This document shows, piece after piece, positions 47,635 through 58,857 of a stretch of 64,000 nt of DNA. The position numbers and the translations under genes were made by a program. Source of the DNA: Zootoca vivipara. Its lineage: Eukaryota. Position 1 is the first letter of the stretch. Every line of letters starts with the position of its first letter. Location: NCBI RefSeq assembly GCF_963506605.1, contig NC_083285.1, forward strand, positions 38,254,001 to 38,318,000. The letters run 5' to 3'. Under the pieces are notes generated by a model. The model searched no databases and was not told where the DNA came from. It saw nothing but the letters and a program-made list of their open reading frames with translations.

Positions 47635-47804
47635 ATTTCCAACGTCTTATACGGGAATGCCTGCATAGATGTGGGGGTGGGGGGGGTTGGAATGGGACAG
47701 ATGACGACCCGCTACTTACAAATCCTCTTTTCAAAAATGGACTGAACACGCGCCTGATCCTATGCACGTTTAATTAGGAAGCAAGTTCCGCTTTAGTCAG
47801 TGCA

Positions 47805-48162
47805 TTTTTTAAAATATTTTTTATTATTAAACAAATTTAGCAAAATAAGTTATCAATGAATATAATCAATTACATTTCCCCCTTTTTTATTCCCTCCCCT
47901 CCCCTCCCCCCTCTAGACTTCCCTAAGCTTCCCTCTCTGATTTGTTAATATATATTATTTTCTGCATGTTATAAATTTGTACATATCATTACTTTATCTG
48001 TCATATGTTCTACCAATAAATTTGGGAATGTTTATTCAAAACCTGCCAAGGAGTCCAAGTCCTTTTGTTGTCTTTTTAAGTAATTTGCATTCTTCCTTAA
48101 AGTCACAGTTGTCTTTCTCACGTATTCTGTATGTTAACTTTGCCATCTCCGCAAAGTCTTGC
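47805..48162 (-). mobile_element. 3' fragment of an L1-like LINE
   Basis: Minus strand reads QDFAEMAKLTYRIREKDNCDFKEECKLLKK, followed by a G-rich 3'UTR and an AATAAA/A-rich tail. Confidence 0.65.
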
Positions 48163-48329
48163 AGAGGAAACTTAAGCCTGCCCGCCCACTAAGGAACGCA
48201 AGTGCAGAACTCGCTCCCTAGCAAGGAAGGATGTTTGGGGTTGCACCCTTCATGCTCATAATCCCTCATTCAACAGGTTCCCTTTTCTCCTTGCTCCCGA
48301 GTTTAGCACCCCATCCACCCCCGTTACTA

Positions 48330-48860
48330 AGAAGGGGGCGGAAGTTCTCCCAACTTTTACCTCGGCCCCGGGTCTTCACGCACAGACGCCCGCTTCTCGG
48401 CGCCACGTCAAAGCGCATGCTCGCCAGTACTTACCCCACCCGCGGGCGCGAGAGGGGCGGTCGAAGGAAATTAACGAGTGAGGATGGCGAAAGGCGCGCG
48501 CGCTTTCTTCCTTTCTGGTTGGCTGGCGGGTGCCGAGCACAGAGACCAATGGCAGCGCGCGCGCCCGGGTGGCTCGGGTCCACGAGCCTCCGCGGCTTTG
48601 TTCGCCCGGCGCCTGGTGGTGGGGGCTTCTTGAGAGGCGGGGGCTCCGTCGAACTAGGCGCCTCCCCTCGGAAGGTGCGGTGCGGACTCGCCCCGCCCCC
48701 GCTAAGCGATTCGCCTTGCTCCGGGGAGGAGGAAGTGGCCGCTATTTCCTGGGTGCCCCACCCGGGGTGAAAAGAAGCAGACCCTGTCAGGGAAGCTGCG
48801 CCCCTGGCCCGCTCCCCAGAAAACGCGCATGGTGCTGCTTGTGTTCTTCAGGTAACCCTT
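48330..48860. promoter_or_regulatory. Bidirectional CpG-island promoter shared by IKBIP (-) and APAF1 (+), with non-coding first exons
   Basis: CpG-rich; CCAAT at 48546; GC boxes; NRF1-like GCGCATGC. Minus-strand donors GTAAGT (48434) and GTAAAA (48360); plus-strand donor CAG|GTAACC (48852). Confidence 0.75.
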
Positions 48861-50537
48861 TCGGTAGCCGTGAGGTGGGGGGCAGGCAGAGGGGGCGTGG
48901 TCTTGTGAGGAGAAAATAAGAAAGACACGAGTAGGCGCGAGAGGGTGGGTGGGGAAGAAGGGGGAGAGAGACGGTTTGGATGGGGGTCACGTGGGGAATG
49001 GGGGGGTCACACATAGGAGGGGCGCATTTAGATGGGGAAGCTTCGCATTACTCGATTATCCGGGGCGGGAGAGTGGGCCGCCTGCCTATTGACTTCTCAA
49101 AAGTCCGCTCCTGTATTTCTTTATTAAGGCAAATGAGAGGCTGGCTGGGTTTGGGTATTATCACATAGCTGATAGATTTATATGCACATATATCCCCGGG
49201 GGAAGTCACTAAATTCTGATGGTAATCTGTTGCCTGAAGACGCAACTCGATGCACCTGACAGCGCAAATCCCAGTAACAATAGATAATCCACCTTTTCGG
49301 ATGCACTTCCTCAAGTCTTTTGTTCTGCATAATTCTGATGGCATATGTGGGCAAATATCCAAGATCATATGTCATCTCCCTATTGCCTTTCCTCTGGTAG
49401 TTTGACTGGAACAGAATGGCTCCAGTTGGTGAAGTCTCGAGACTTATCATTATTTTGCAAGTTTGTTTTTTTTTGCTTGTGTGTGTATTCAGATGGCTAG
49501 ACAAGATAACTGGCAGCCTGTGCTATAAATAACTTATTCTATACTTGGAATCTATGTTGCTGTTGCCAGCAGCTTCTTAGTAATGGTAAAGACCAATAAA
49601 GTATAAAGAGGTAAACAATAAGCCTCCTAGTGTGTGTTGCACTGAACTACAGAAGTTTGTAATGGATGTTCTACATTAGTCTAGCTAGCAGTGACTTCTA
49701 TTGGAAAGTCTTCTGTCAACTTTATCTGTATTCTAATGATGTGTGTGTGTTTTAATTGGCTTGTGGATTTAGCTGTGTTTTATGTACAATTTCATTTGTC
49801 CATTGCTTGGAGAGCACTTTGATCAAGTAGTTTTTAAACCTGTAGAGTTTTGCAACATTAATTTTATAATCTCAAGCTTCCAGTGGCTTTAATAGAATCT
49901 ATATAGGTCATGTGCAGCTTTTTTCAAGTGTATAAAAACTTTTAATATCTGCATATTTGACTGCACTTCTTTTTTGTGAATTACTGTAGATTGAATTAAT
50001 TAATATTGTGCTTCTTAATATTGGTATCTATATTTCCCAAGATCATTAAATAACATTTTTATTATCCACTTGCCTATCTCAGATCATCATTCCTTTGCAT
50101 TATTGAATTACCTTCTGATAAAGTTTCCTGAGGATTTCTTTATTTTGTTACATTCAGATTACTGTTTGGAATGGTGTATTATAAACTTCAGTGAACCCCT
50201 GGTTCATGATTAATTAGAGAACTACCTACATACTGATGCCTCCAGAATCAATTGCAGATTGAAATACTGGTAAGTGTTGTCTGTCTAATAAGAATCCATA
50301 GAATCCATAGCAATCTTTACTTGATAGACAGTTGTTTTCTGATCCATGTATACAATGCACTTTTTATGCCAATAAAGAAGATTGACTGATGCTTGGTTGA
50401 CAGTTTTAGTTTTTCTTGAAATAATGTGATAGTAATTTTTACACACTATAAGGGTATTTTGTAAAATCTACTAAGTTTATATTGTCTTGGCTAGCTCATG
50501 TTACCATTCAGCAAGGAAGAAGCAAGTTGGAATAAAA

Positions 50538-50675
50538 ATGGATATGATGGCTCGAAGTTACTTGCTTCAGAATTGCGAGGCATTGGAAAGAGATATCAAG
50601 ACTTCTTACATAATGGATCATATGATTGCGGATGAAGCATTAACATTGCTGGAAGAGGAGAAAGTAAAAGCCCAG
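50538..50675 (+). CDS. APAF1: APAF1 first coding exon (CARD)
   Basis: MDMMARSYLLQNCEALERDIKTSYIMDHMI...EEEKVKAQ|gtaaac; 138 nt. Confidence 0.95.
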
Positions 50676-50880
50676 GTAAACTATTTGCAGTTTTTGTATT
50701 TAACGCTGCTGTAATATTTAAGCACCTACAGACTGTATGCTCTCTCCTATAATGTAGTGCACTTCTGGTTCTCATGGACATTAGTGCAATACAAAGTTGA
50801 ACATTGAAGTTGTAAAGTGAATATCTTTAACAGAAAAAAGTATAAAACTATTTTAACTAAATGAAAACCTGGATTGGCTG

Positions 50881-50943
50881 CAGATGAAGCTAGTTGCAAT
50901 TAGAGCCCATGGATAGGGTACTAATTGCAACTAGCTTCATCTG
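50881..50943. repeat. Perfect 23-bp inverted repeat (63-nt hairpin)
   Basis: CAGATGAAGCTAGTTGCAATTAG - 17 nt - CTAATTGCAACTAGCTTCATCTG. Confidence 0.9.
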
Positions 50944-52467
50944 GAGACAGATGGCTTTGAAATCAGTGGGACTCTCCCCTTTATTTCAGTGGCCACTAAG
51001 TGAAAATAACTTACTCTGTGACTAATAACAGTAATTTAATAATGTTAATAGGAAACATAGCAAAATAGACATGCTCAATTTACCTCAAATAAAATGTTAT
51101 TGTCTTAATCTTCTAGAAGACCTGGTTGCACTCAGATTGTATGCTATAAGAATGGTTTCCAAATTTGAGAAGGAGGGGTGTCATTCTTCATAGGTTTGAA
51201 CAATTGTCTCCCTGAATATCTTAGACACAGTTTTTCATACGAATGTATGTTTTTGTTGAATTAATACTTTATAGATGTGTTCCTGTGGTATGCACATGGT
51301 ATTAAGGCTGCAAATGTACACATGCTTACCTGGAAGTAAGTCATAGTGCTAAATTTAGACATCATGCTAAATCATGGTTTAGCACAATGTGAATTAACCT
51401 AGTCTTCTTCTAGGCCCTTGTGCTCTACTACCAGGTGGCCAAAAGAAGCTTTCACTTCTGTTTTTAGTTAACTACAGCTTTCTGTGTCATCTGAACTTAG
51501 AACTGTGGTTAACATTAAGTACAGTTAAATCTGGGTGGGGAATCTGAGACCTCCAGATGTTGTTAAACTCAAATTCCCATCTTCCCTGACCATGGTGGCT
51601 GGGACTGATAGAATACAACAACATCTGGAGAGTCACAGGTAGTTTAAAACGAGCACGTTTTTTAAAAAACCATGACTTGAAATATTTTAAGCTAAACTTT
51701 TAATCTTAACTACTGTGTTGTTGTCAGATAACATGACAAATCTTGCTTAATTAAAAGCAACAGTTGCTTTGGGAGGAAGCTGAGAAAGTGCAGAAGAAAA
51801 CTAGGGTTATTCATTTCCTGCAGCTAAACTATGGTTTAGGATGATATTCAAACACTGCTATTGAGACTTATTTTGGAATAGACATGCATCATATTGGACT
51901 GCAAAAGTGCACAACTGCCTGGATTGTTCGCTAAGTACGGTAACCTGGCAATTGTTGTATGGGACATAATCCACCTAAATCCAAATTTATTTGATTTCAG
52001 TGGAAGAGATTTAAATGCAAGGTTCTGCTATCAGAGCACTTGTAATTTGAAATCTCAGTTATCCAAACACACAGAATTACACCCAAACCTTGCTACACAA
52101 ATGGTTGATTCATATATCCAAATAGCCATAGTTTGCCCACTTGCTTGTTTGTTTGGGTTTTGCTAGTTTGCAGCAGTCATTTTGGGCAGAAACTGTGGAG
52201 GAATAAAGACTGGCCATATCAGGAAGCAGGAGAAATTGGACAAATCAGATTTTCCTTTGTTTGGCTTTTGCTGATTGGCTGCAGTAATTTCACACGGAAA
52301 GCATGGATTAGAAATGTTCCCAAAGAAAATAATGGAAATCATCAGCTTGCCTAATAAACAATTTCCTGGGAGTGCATTGTGTTCCAATCGCGGAAATGGG
52401 GCTTAAAAGTGCAGAAAGTTGGATAGATTGTATCAAATATGTATTGTCTTTTTCTCCCCCTTATTAG

Positions 52468-52657
52468 ACTACACAGAGAGAACGAGCAGCTATGTTAGTA
52501 AAAATAATTCTTGCCAAAGATAATTATGCTTACGTATCCTTCTATAATGCACTGCTTCATGAGGGATACAAAGATCTTGCTGCCCTTCTCCAGGATGGCA
52601 TCCCTATTATTTCCCCTTATAATGGAAAGAACTCTATGGATGGAGTAACTTCATATG
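52468..52657 (+). CDS. APAF1: APAF1 coding exon 2 (end of CARD and linker)
   Basis: TTQRERAAMLVKIIL...SFYNALLHEGYKDLAALLQDG...GVTSY; 190 nt. Confidence 0.95.
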
Positions 52658-53177
52658 GTATGACAAACTATTCTTCATTGCATGAAAATATTCTGTCCTC
52701 TGCTTTTTATTGAAAAAAGTATTTCAGGAGATTTTTAATTCCTATGGTCCCTTCATTTCCAAGTGATTTAATCTACAATATACAAATCCACTAAAGTAAG
52801 TCAACAATAGGGTTGCATTAGTTTTTGTGGCTTGTGTGTAGGAGCTTAAGTTTCATACTGTTACTATTGCACATTGGGACTAGGGTTACCAGTAGATTAA
52901 TTTCCCCCTTCCAGGATTGTCTCCCTACCAAACAGCTGATGAATACAATTTGTGGTTTTTTTAAAGGGTTGGCTGCTACACCTACAACCTAGGTGATTTG
53001 AAGCCAAATTTCTTTTAGTTGGCATCTAAATAGAATAATTATCATGAGTGATGATGCTATTCTGTGTATTAGGAGTAGTGATGTAGTACGGTATTTCTAT
53101 TTAATACTTTAAAGGTCTGCAAGTTATATTATCTAAATTCTTTATTGTTTTTTGTATCTTCTCTTTTTGAATTTAAG

Positions 53178-53375
53178 TTAAGACAATTCTCTGTGAAGGT
53201 GGTGTTCCACAGCGACCAGTAGTGTTTGTCACTCGTCCAGAACTAGCAAATAGAATTCAACAGAAATTGTATAAATTAAAAAGCGATCCAGGATGGGTTA
53301 TTGTTTATGGCATGGCAGGCTGTGGAAAGTCTGTTTTGGCGGCAGAAGCATTACGTGACCACAGTCTTTTGAAAG
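53178..53375 (+). CDS. APAF1: APAF1 coding exon 3 (NB-ARC, Walker A)
   Basis: KTILCEGGVPQRPVVFVTR...GMAGCGKS; 198 nt. Confidence 0.96.
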
Positions 53376-54191
53376 GTATTTCTAGCTGCTTTGTATCAAT
53401 AAGATACGTTCTGCTTCCTAGAGGTTATTCCAAAGGATAGTTCACCTCCAGACAAGTGGCAATATGTGGTGAAAATAGCTTGCCTGAATCATGTATTTTT
53501 TTAATTTTTAATTTGTGAATACTAGAAAATGGCAGAGAACGTTAACTTGCATGAGTAGTAGTGCGGTTTGACTCACAGAAGCAAATAGTTATGAAATAAG
53601 CTATGACTTGCATTAATATTAACTAATTACATTATTTTTATAACACAATTGGTGCACTAACTTTTCATGTAATATTGCTATCACTGTAAAAGTGAAGGGT
53701 ATTAGCTGTAGCAGCAAAAGAGCATATCTGGTGTGAATAACAGTATTTTGAGCTTTGAGAACTGAGCCCTATATGCCCTCTTTGAATGATGCAATCAATA
53801 TATGTGTCCTATACCAATAATTTGTGCTGAATGTAAACATCCTGTTCTCATTTGTTTCTCTTAATGTAGCTTGATTTTATTTATTATTTTAAGAATTTTA
53901 CACTGTTTGGCAACCAAAAGATTCCCAGAGCAGTTTACATAATATCAATAGTAAACAAGACAGTCCCTGACCTCAGGTTTACAATCTAGAAAATGTGTCA
54001 TAAAAGTAAATTGTATGGCAGGGGAAGAGGAAAACAAGCCAATTTAGGCACAAGTTTTTAAAGATAAACTTTTAGAATTTTGTTTAAGTTAGCTTTGTTG
54101 CTTTTTAAAATAAACAAATTTGTTTGTGTTTAGGGAAACAAGTAACTATTTCTATCTACATTATAAATTGAACTTTGCATCTTTTTGCTAG

Positions 54192-54375
54192 ATTGTTTCC
54201 CAGGAGGAGTACATTGGGTTTCTGTTGGGAAACAAGACAAGGCAGGTCTGTTAATGAAACTCCAAAATCTCTGTCTAAGATTAGACCAGGACTTCACTTA
54301 CTCTCAGAGGCCACCACTTAATATCGAGGAAGCTAAAGATCGCCTTCGTTTGCTATTTTTGCGCAAATACCCAAG
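54192..54375 (+). CDS. APAF1: APAF1 coding exon 4
   Basis: CFPGGVHWVSVGKQDKAGLLMKLQNLC...EEAKDRLRLLFLRKYPR; 184 nt. Confidence 0.96.
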
Positions 54376-54892
54376 GTACTGTCAATAGTGTGAAGAAATA
54401 TTTGCATATTTCAAGTCAGCTACTAGAATTGTGTTGTTTTTGTTTCATTTATGTACTCATTGGCTTAATCAAGACTTTTCTAAGGACTCAGCTAGACTGG
54501 TAAAGAGATTTTTATGTGTTGTATGTGCGCTATAACATTGTTTTTCTCTACCTGTTTTCCCTGTTTCAATTTACAACGCTTTAAATTGAAACGCTTCTTA
54601 GATGTGTCTAGATCCAGCCCAAGTCACAATTAGCAATGCTCTATCTTCTAGCATGTGAATTTTAAGTTCCTTACCATTGGTGAATTCTTTGCACGTTTAC
54701 TTGCTTGACAAGAATTCTAGATTGCATGCTTGGTTCATCTAGAGCAGGGTGATCCAACTTCTCAGACCAAGTGGGCTGCAATAGTACTTCTACACAGAAC
54801 CTGCAGGACACACACTGAATTAAATTTCCAGGTCATAAATTGAAGGGTTCGCAATGTAGGTAATATTATTTAATATACACAATTGTTGTTGT

Positions 54893-57800
54893 TTAGTCGT
54901 TTAGTCGTGTCCGACTCTTCGTGACCCCATGGACCATAGCACGCCAGGCACTCCTGTCTTGCACTGCCTCCCGCAGTTTGGTCAAACTCATGTTCGTAGC
55001 TTCGAGAACACTGTCCAACCATCTTGTCCTCTGTCGTCCCCTTCTCCTAGTGCCCTCAATCTTTCCCAACATCAGGGTCTTTTCCAAGGATTCTTCTCTT
55101 CTCATGAGGTGGCCAAAGTATTGGAGCCTCAGCTTCACGATCTGTCCTTCCAGGGAGCACTCAGGGCTGATTTCCTTAAGAATGGATAGGTTTGATCTTC
55201 TAGCAGTCCATGGGACTCTCAAGAGTCTCCTCCAGCACCATAATTCAAAAGCATCAATTCTTCGACGATCAGCCTTCTTTATGGTCCAGCTCTCACTTCC
55301 ATACATCACTACTGGGAAAACCATAGCTTTAACTATACGGACCTTTGTCGGCAAAGTGATGTCTCTGCTTTTTAAGATGCTGTCTAGGTTTGTCATTGCT
55401 TTTCTCCCAAGAAGCAGGCGTCTTTTAATTTCGTGACTGCTGTCACCATCTGCAGTGATCAAGGAGCCCAAGAAAGTAAAATCTCTCACTGCCTCCATTT
55501 CTTCCCCTTCTATTTGCCAGGAGGTGATGGGACCAGTGGCCATGATCTTGGTTTTTTTGATGTTGAGCTTCAGACCATATTTTGCGCTCTCCTCTTTCAC
55601 CCTCATTAAAAGGTTCTTTAATTCCTCCTCGCTTTCTGCCATCAAGGTTGTGTCATCTGCATATCTGAGGTTGTTGATATTTCTTCCGGCAATCTTAATT
55701 CCGGCTTGGGATTCATCTAGTCCAGCCTTTCGCATGATGAATTCTGCATATAAGTTAAATAAGCAGGGAGACAATATACAACCTTGTCGTACTCCTTTCC
55801 CAATTTTGAACCAATCAGTTGTTCCATATCCAGTTCTAACTGTAGCTTCTTGTCCCACATAGAGATTTCTCAGGAGACAGATGAGGTGATCAGGCACTCC
55901 CATTTCTTTAAGAACTTGCCATAGTTTGCTGTGGTCGACACAGTCAAAGGCTTTTGCATAGTCAATGAAGCAGAAGTAGACGTTTTTCTGGAACTCTCTA
56001 GCTTTCTCCATAATCCAGCGCATGTTTGCTATTTGGTCTCTGGTTCCTCTGCCCTTTCGAAATCCAGCTTGCACTTCTGGGAGTTCTCGGTCCACATACT
56101 GCCTAAGCCTGCCTTGTAGAATTTTAAGCATAACCTTGCTAGCGTGTGAAATGAGCGCAATTGTGCGGTAGTTAGAGCATTCTTTGGCACTGCCCTTCTT
56201 TGGAATTGGGATGTAGACTGATCTTTTCCAATCCTCTGGCCATTGCTGAGTTTTCCAAACTTGCTGGCATATTGGGTGTAGCACCTTAACAGCATCATCT
56301 TTTAAAATTTTAAATAGTTCAGCTGGAATATCATCACTTCCACTGGCCTTGTTATTAGCAATGCTTTCTAAGGCCCATTTGACTTCACTCTCCAAGATGT
56401 CTGGCTCAAGGTCAGCAACCACACTACCTGGGGTGTATGAGACCTCCATATCTTTCTGGTATAATTCCTCTGTGTATTCTTGCCACCTCTTCTTGATGTC
56501 TTCTGCTTCTGTTAGGTCCTTACCACTTTTGTCCTTGATTATGGTAATCTTTGTACGAAATGTTCCTTTCATATCACCAATTTTCTTGAACAGATCTCTG
56601 GTTTTCCCCATTCTATTGTTTTCCTCTATTTCTTTGCATTGCTCATTTAAGAAGACCCTCTTGTCTCTCCTTGCTGTTTTTTGGAAATCTGCATTCAGTT
56701 TCCTGTATCTTTCCCTATCTCCCTTGCATTTTGCTTGCCTCCTCTCCTCCGCTATTTGTAAGGCCTCGTTGGACAGCCATTTTGCTTTCTTGCATTTCCT
56801 TTTCCTTGGGATGGTTTTCATTGCTGCCTCCTGTATAATGTTACGAGCCTCCATCCATAGTTCTTCAGGCACTCTGTCCACCAAATCTAAATCCTTAAAC
56901 CTGTTCCTCACTTCCACTGTGTATTCATAAGGGATTTGATTCAGATTGTATCTTACTGGCCCAGTGGTTTTTCCTACTTTCTTCAGTTTAAGCTGGAATT
57001 TTGCTATAAGAAGCTGATGATCTGAGTTACAATCAGCTCCAGGTCTTGTTTTTGCTGACTGTATAGAGCTTCTCCATCTTTGGCTGCAGAGAATATAATC
57101 AATCTGATTTCGATGCTGCCCATTTGGTGATATCCATGTGTAGAGTCGTCTCTTGTGTTGTTGGAAGAGAGTGTTTGTGATGACCAGCTTGTTCTCTTGA
57201 CAGAACTCTATTAGCCTTTGCCCTGCTTCATTTTGAACTCCAAGGCCAAACTTGCCAGTTGTTCCTTTTATCTCTTGATTCCCTACTTTAGCATTCCAAT
57301 CCCCTGTAATGAGAAGAACATCCTTCTTTGGTGTCATTTCTAGAAGTTGTTGTAGGTCTTCATAGAATTGGTCAATTTCACTTTCTTCAGCACCAGTAGT
57401 TGGTGCATAAACTTGGATTACTGTGATGTTAAAAGGTCTGCCTTGGATTCGTATCGAGATCATTCTGTCATTTTTGAGATTGCATCCCATTACAGCTTTT
57501 GCCACTCTTTTGTTGACTATGAGGGCCACTCCATTTCTGCTACAGGATTCTTGCCCACAGTAGTAGATATGATAGTCACCCGAACTGAATTCGCCCATTC
57601 CCTTCCATTTTAGTTCACTGATGCCCAGGATGTCGATATTTATTCTTGTCATCTCATTTTTGACCACATCCAGCTTACCTCTATTCATGGTTCTTACATT
57701 CCAGGTTCCTATGCAATATTTTTCTTTACAGCATCGGACTTTCCTTTCGCTTCCAGGCATATCCGCAACTGAGCGTCCTTTCGGCTTTGGCCCAGCCGCT

Positions 57801-57994
57801 TCATCAGCTCTGAATCTACTTGTACTTATCCTCCGCTCTTCCTCAGTAGCATGTTGGACGCCTTCCGACCTGAGGGGCTCATCTTCCAGCGTCATAACTT
57901 TTATATGCCTGTTGTCTTTGTCCATGGAGTTTTCTTGGCAGGGATACTGGAGTGGCTTGCCAGTTCCTTCTCCAGGTGGATCACGTTTAGTCAA
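54893..57994 (-). CDS. BovB endonuclease-reverse transcriptase ORF, copy 2
   Basis: 1033 codons; about 12 aa differences from copy 1 by eye; all APE and RT motifs intact. Confidence 0.95.
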   Translation of the reverse strand: MTKRDPPGEGTGKPLQYPCQENSMDKDNRHIKVMTLEDEPLRSEGVQHATEEERRISTSRFRADEAAGPKPKGRSVADMPGSERKVRCCKEKYCIGTWNVRTMNRGKLDVVKNEMTRINIDILGISELKWKGMGEFSSGDYHIYYCGQESCSRNGVALIVNKRVAKAVMGCNLKNDRMISIRIQGRPFNITVIQVYAPTTGAEESEIDQFYEDLQQLLEMTPKKDVLLITGDWNAKVGNQEIKGTTGKFGLGVQNEAGQRLIEFCQENKLVITNTLFQQHKRRLYTWISPNGQHRNQIDYILCSQRWRSSIQSAKTRPGADCNSDHQLLIAKFQLKLKKVGKTTGPVRYNLNQIPYEYTVEVRNRFKDLDLVDRVPEELWMEARNIIQEAAMKTIPRKRKCKKAKWLSNEALQIAEERRQAKCKGDRERYRKLNADFQKTARRDKRVFLNEQCKEIEENNRMGKTRDLFKKIGDMKGTFRTKITIIKDKSGKDLTEAEDIKKRWQEYTEELYQKDMEVSYTPGSVVADLEPDILESEVKWALESIANNKASGSDDIPAELFKILKDDAVKVLHPICQQVWKTQQWPEDWKRSVYIPIPKKGSAKECSNYRTIALISHASKVMLKILQGRLRQYVDRELPEVQAGFRKGRGTRDQIANMRWIMEKAREFQKNVYFCFIDYAKAFDCVDHSKLWQVLKEMGVPDHLICLLRNLYVGQEATVRTGYGTTDWFKIGKGVRQGCILSPCLFNLYAEFIMRKAGLDESQAGIKIAGRNINNLRYADDTTLMAESEEELKNLLMRVKEESAKYGLKLNIKKTKIMATGPITSWQIEGEEMEAVRDFTFLGSLITADGDSSHEIKRRLLLGRKAMTNLDSILKSRDITLPTKVRIVKAMVFPVVMYGSESWTIKKADRRRIDAFELWCWRRLLRVPWTARRSNLSILKEISPECSLEGQIVKLRLQYFGHLMRREESLEKTLMLGKIEGTRRRGRQRTRWLDSVLEATNMSLTKLREAVQDRSAWRAMVHGVTKSRTRLND

Positions 57995-58105
57995 AACTCT
58001 CCACTATGACCTGTCCATCTTGGGTGGCCCTGCATGGCATAGCTCATAGCTTCTCTGAGTTATTCAAGCCCCTTCGCCACGACAAGGCATTGATCCATGA
58101 AGGGG
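57977..58105 (-). ncRNA. Predicted HDV-like self-cleaving ribozyme at the BovB 5' end (copy 2, L3 intact)
   Basis: Same fold as 42432-42560 but with L3 = TTGTCGT, retaining the U20/G25-equivalent pair. Confidence 0.7.
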
Positions 58106-58857
58106 AATATACACAATTAACATATTTAATTGAAAATGGAAGAGAATGGTCATTAGCGCTAGCAATGCTCCTTTAGTACTTTAGTACAAAAAAGGCTGCC
58201 CTGCAGGCTTTGTGTTGAACCACTCTGACCTAAAGCATCAGCCAGATTTGTTAGCTGTCATTAATAGAACTCCTTACTCCCATTTGATTCTAGTTGTAAC
58301 GAGCAATATGTTGAACATGTGTCCAAAAGACTTACAGAATTGATTCAATATTACTAGTTCTAGACTATGGCTTCTCCACAGTCACCAGCTATCTCTGGCT
58401 GATCTCAACTCATCTAGATTCAGAATTTAGCAGTATTTAGCTTTTTCTGTTGTGTTTTTTGGAACATACCTAGCTGTTTTTTGGAAAACAACTATCTTTT
58501 AACAAATGTGTTCAAATGAGGTAATGAATACAATATTACCAAGCCCTTTAACTCTGCAAATGTTTGTTAAATGTAAAATACATAGAAAATGCTTCTCACT
58601 AACTGTAGAACTGCTATGTTTTAGTCCAGTCAAGCTCTTGAGAGTTGTCCCAGACAATAATTCTTTCTTCTGGGCAATTTTAGTTGTTGTGGATATAAAG
58701 CACATGGGACTCAATTTTTTTGTTTAGAATAAATATTTAAAAGGGAGCATGTTTGAAAAATGAAATGAAATGAAAAGTCTATTGGTTCTTAACATATTAA
58801 GGAATCTCCAAAGCAGGTGTACAGTGCCTCCAAGCTTGACATGTTTTTTTCTAATAG

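Larger units (their letters stand above)
54885..58105 (-). mobile_element. Full-length BovB (RTE-clade) LINE, copy 2, in an APAF1 intron (antisense to host)
   Basis: 3221 bp, intact ORF, (CAA)n tail, perfect 13-bp TSD AATATACACAATT (54872-84 / 58106-18); same 5' nucleotide as copy 1. Confidence 0.97.

Noticed and set aside
48000-49600. p53 response element, expected from mammalian APAF1/IKBIP regulation
   Set aside because: I found no convincing pair of RRRCWWGYYY half-sites by eye; a PWM scan would be needed.
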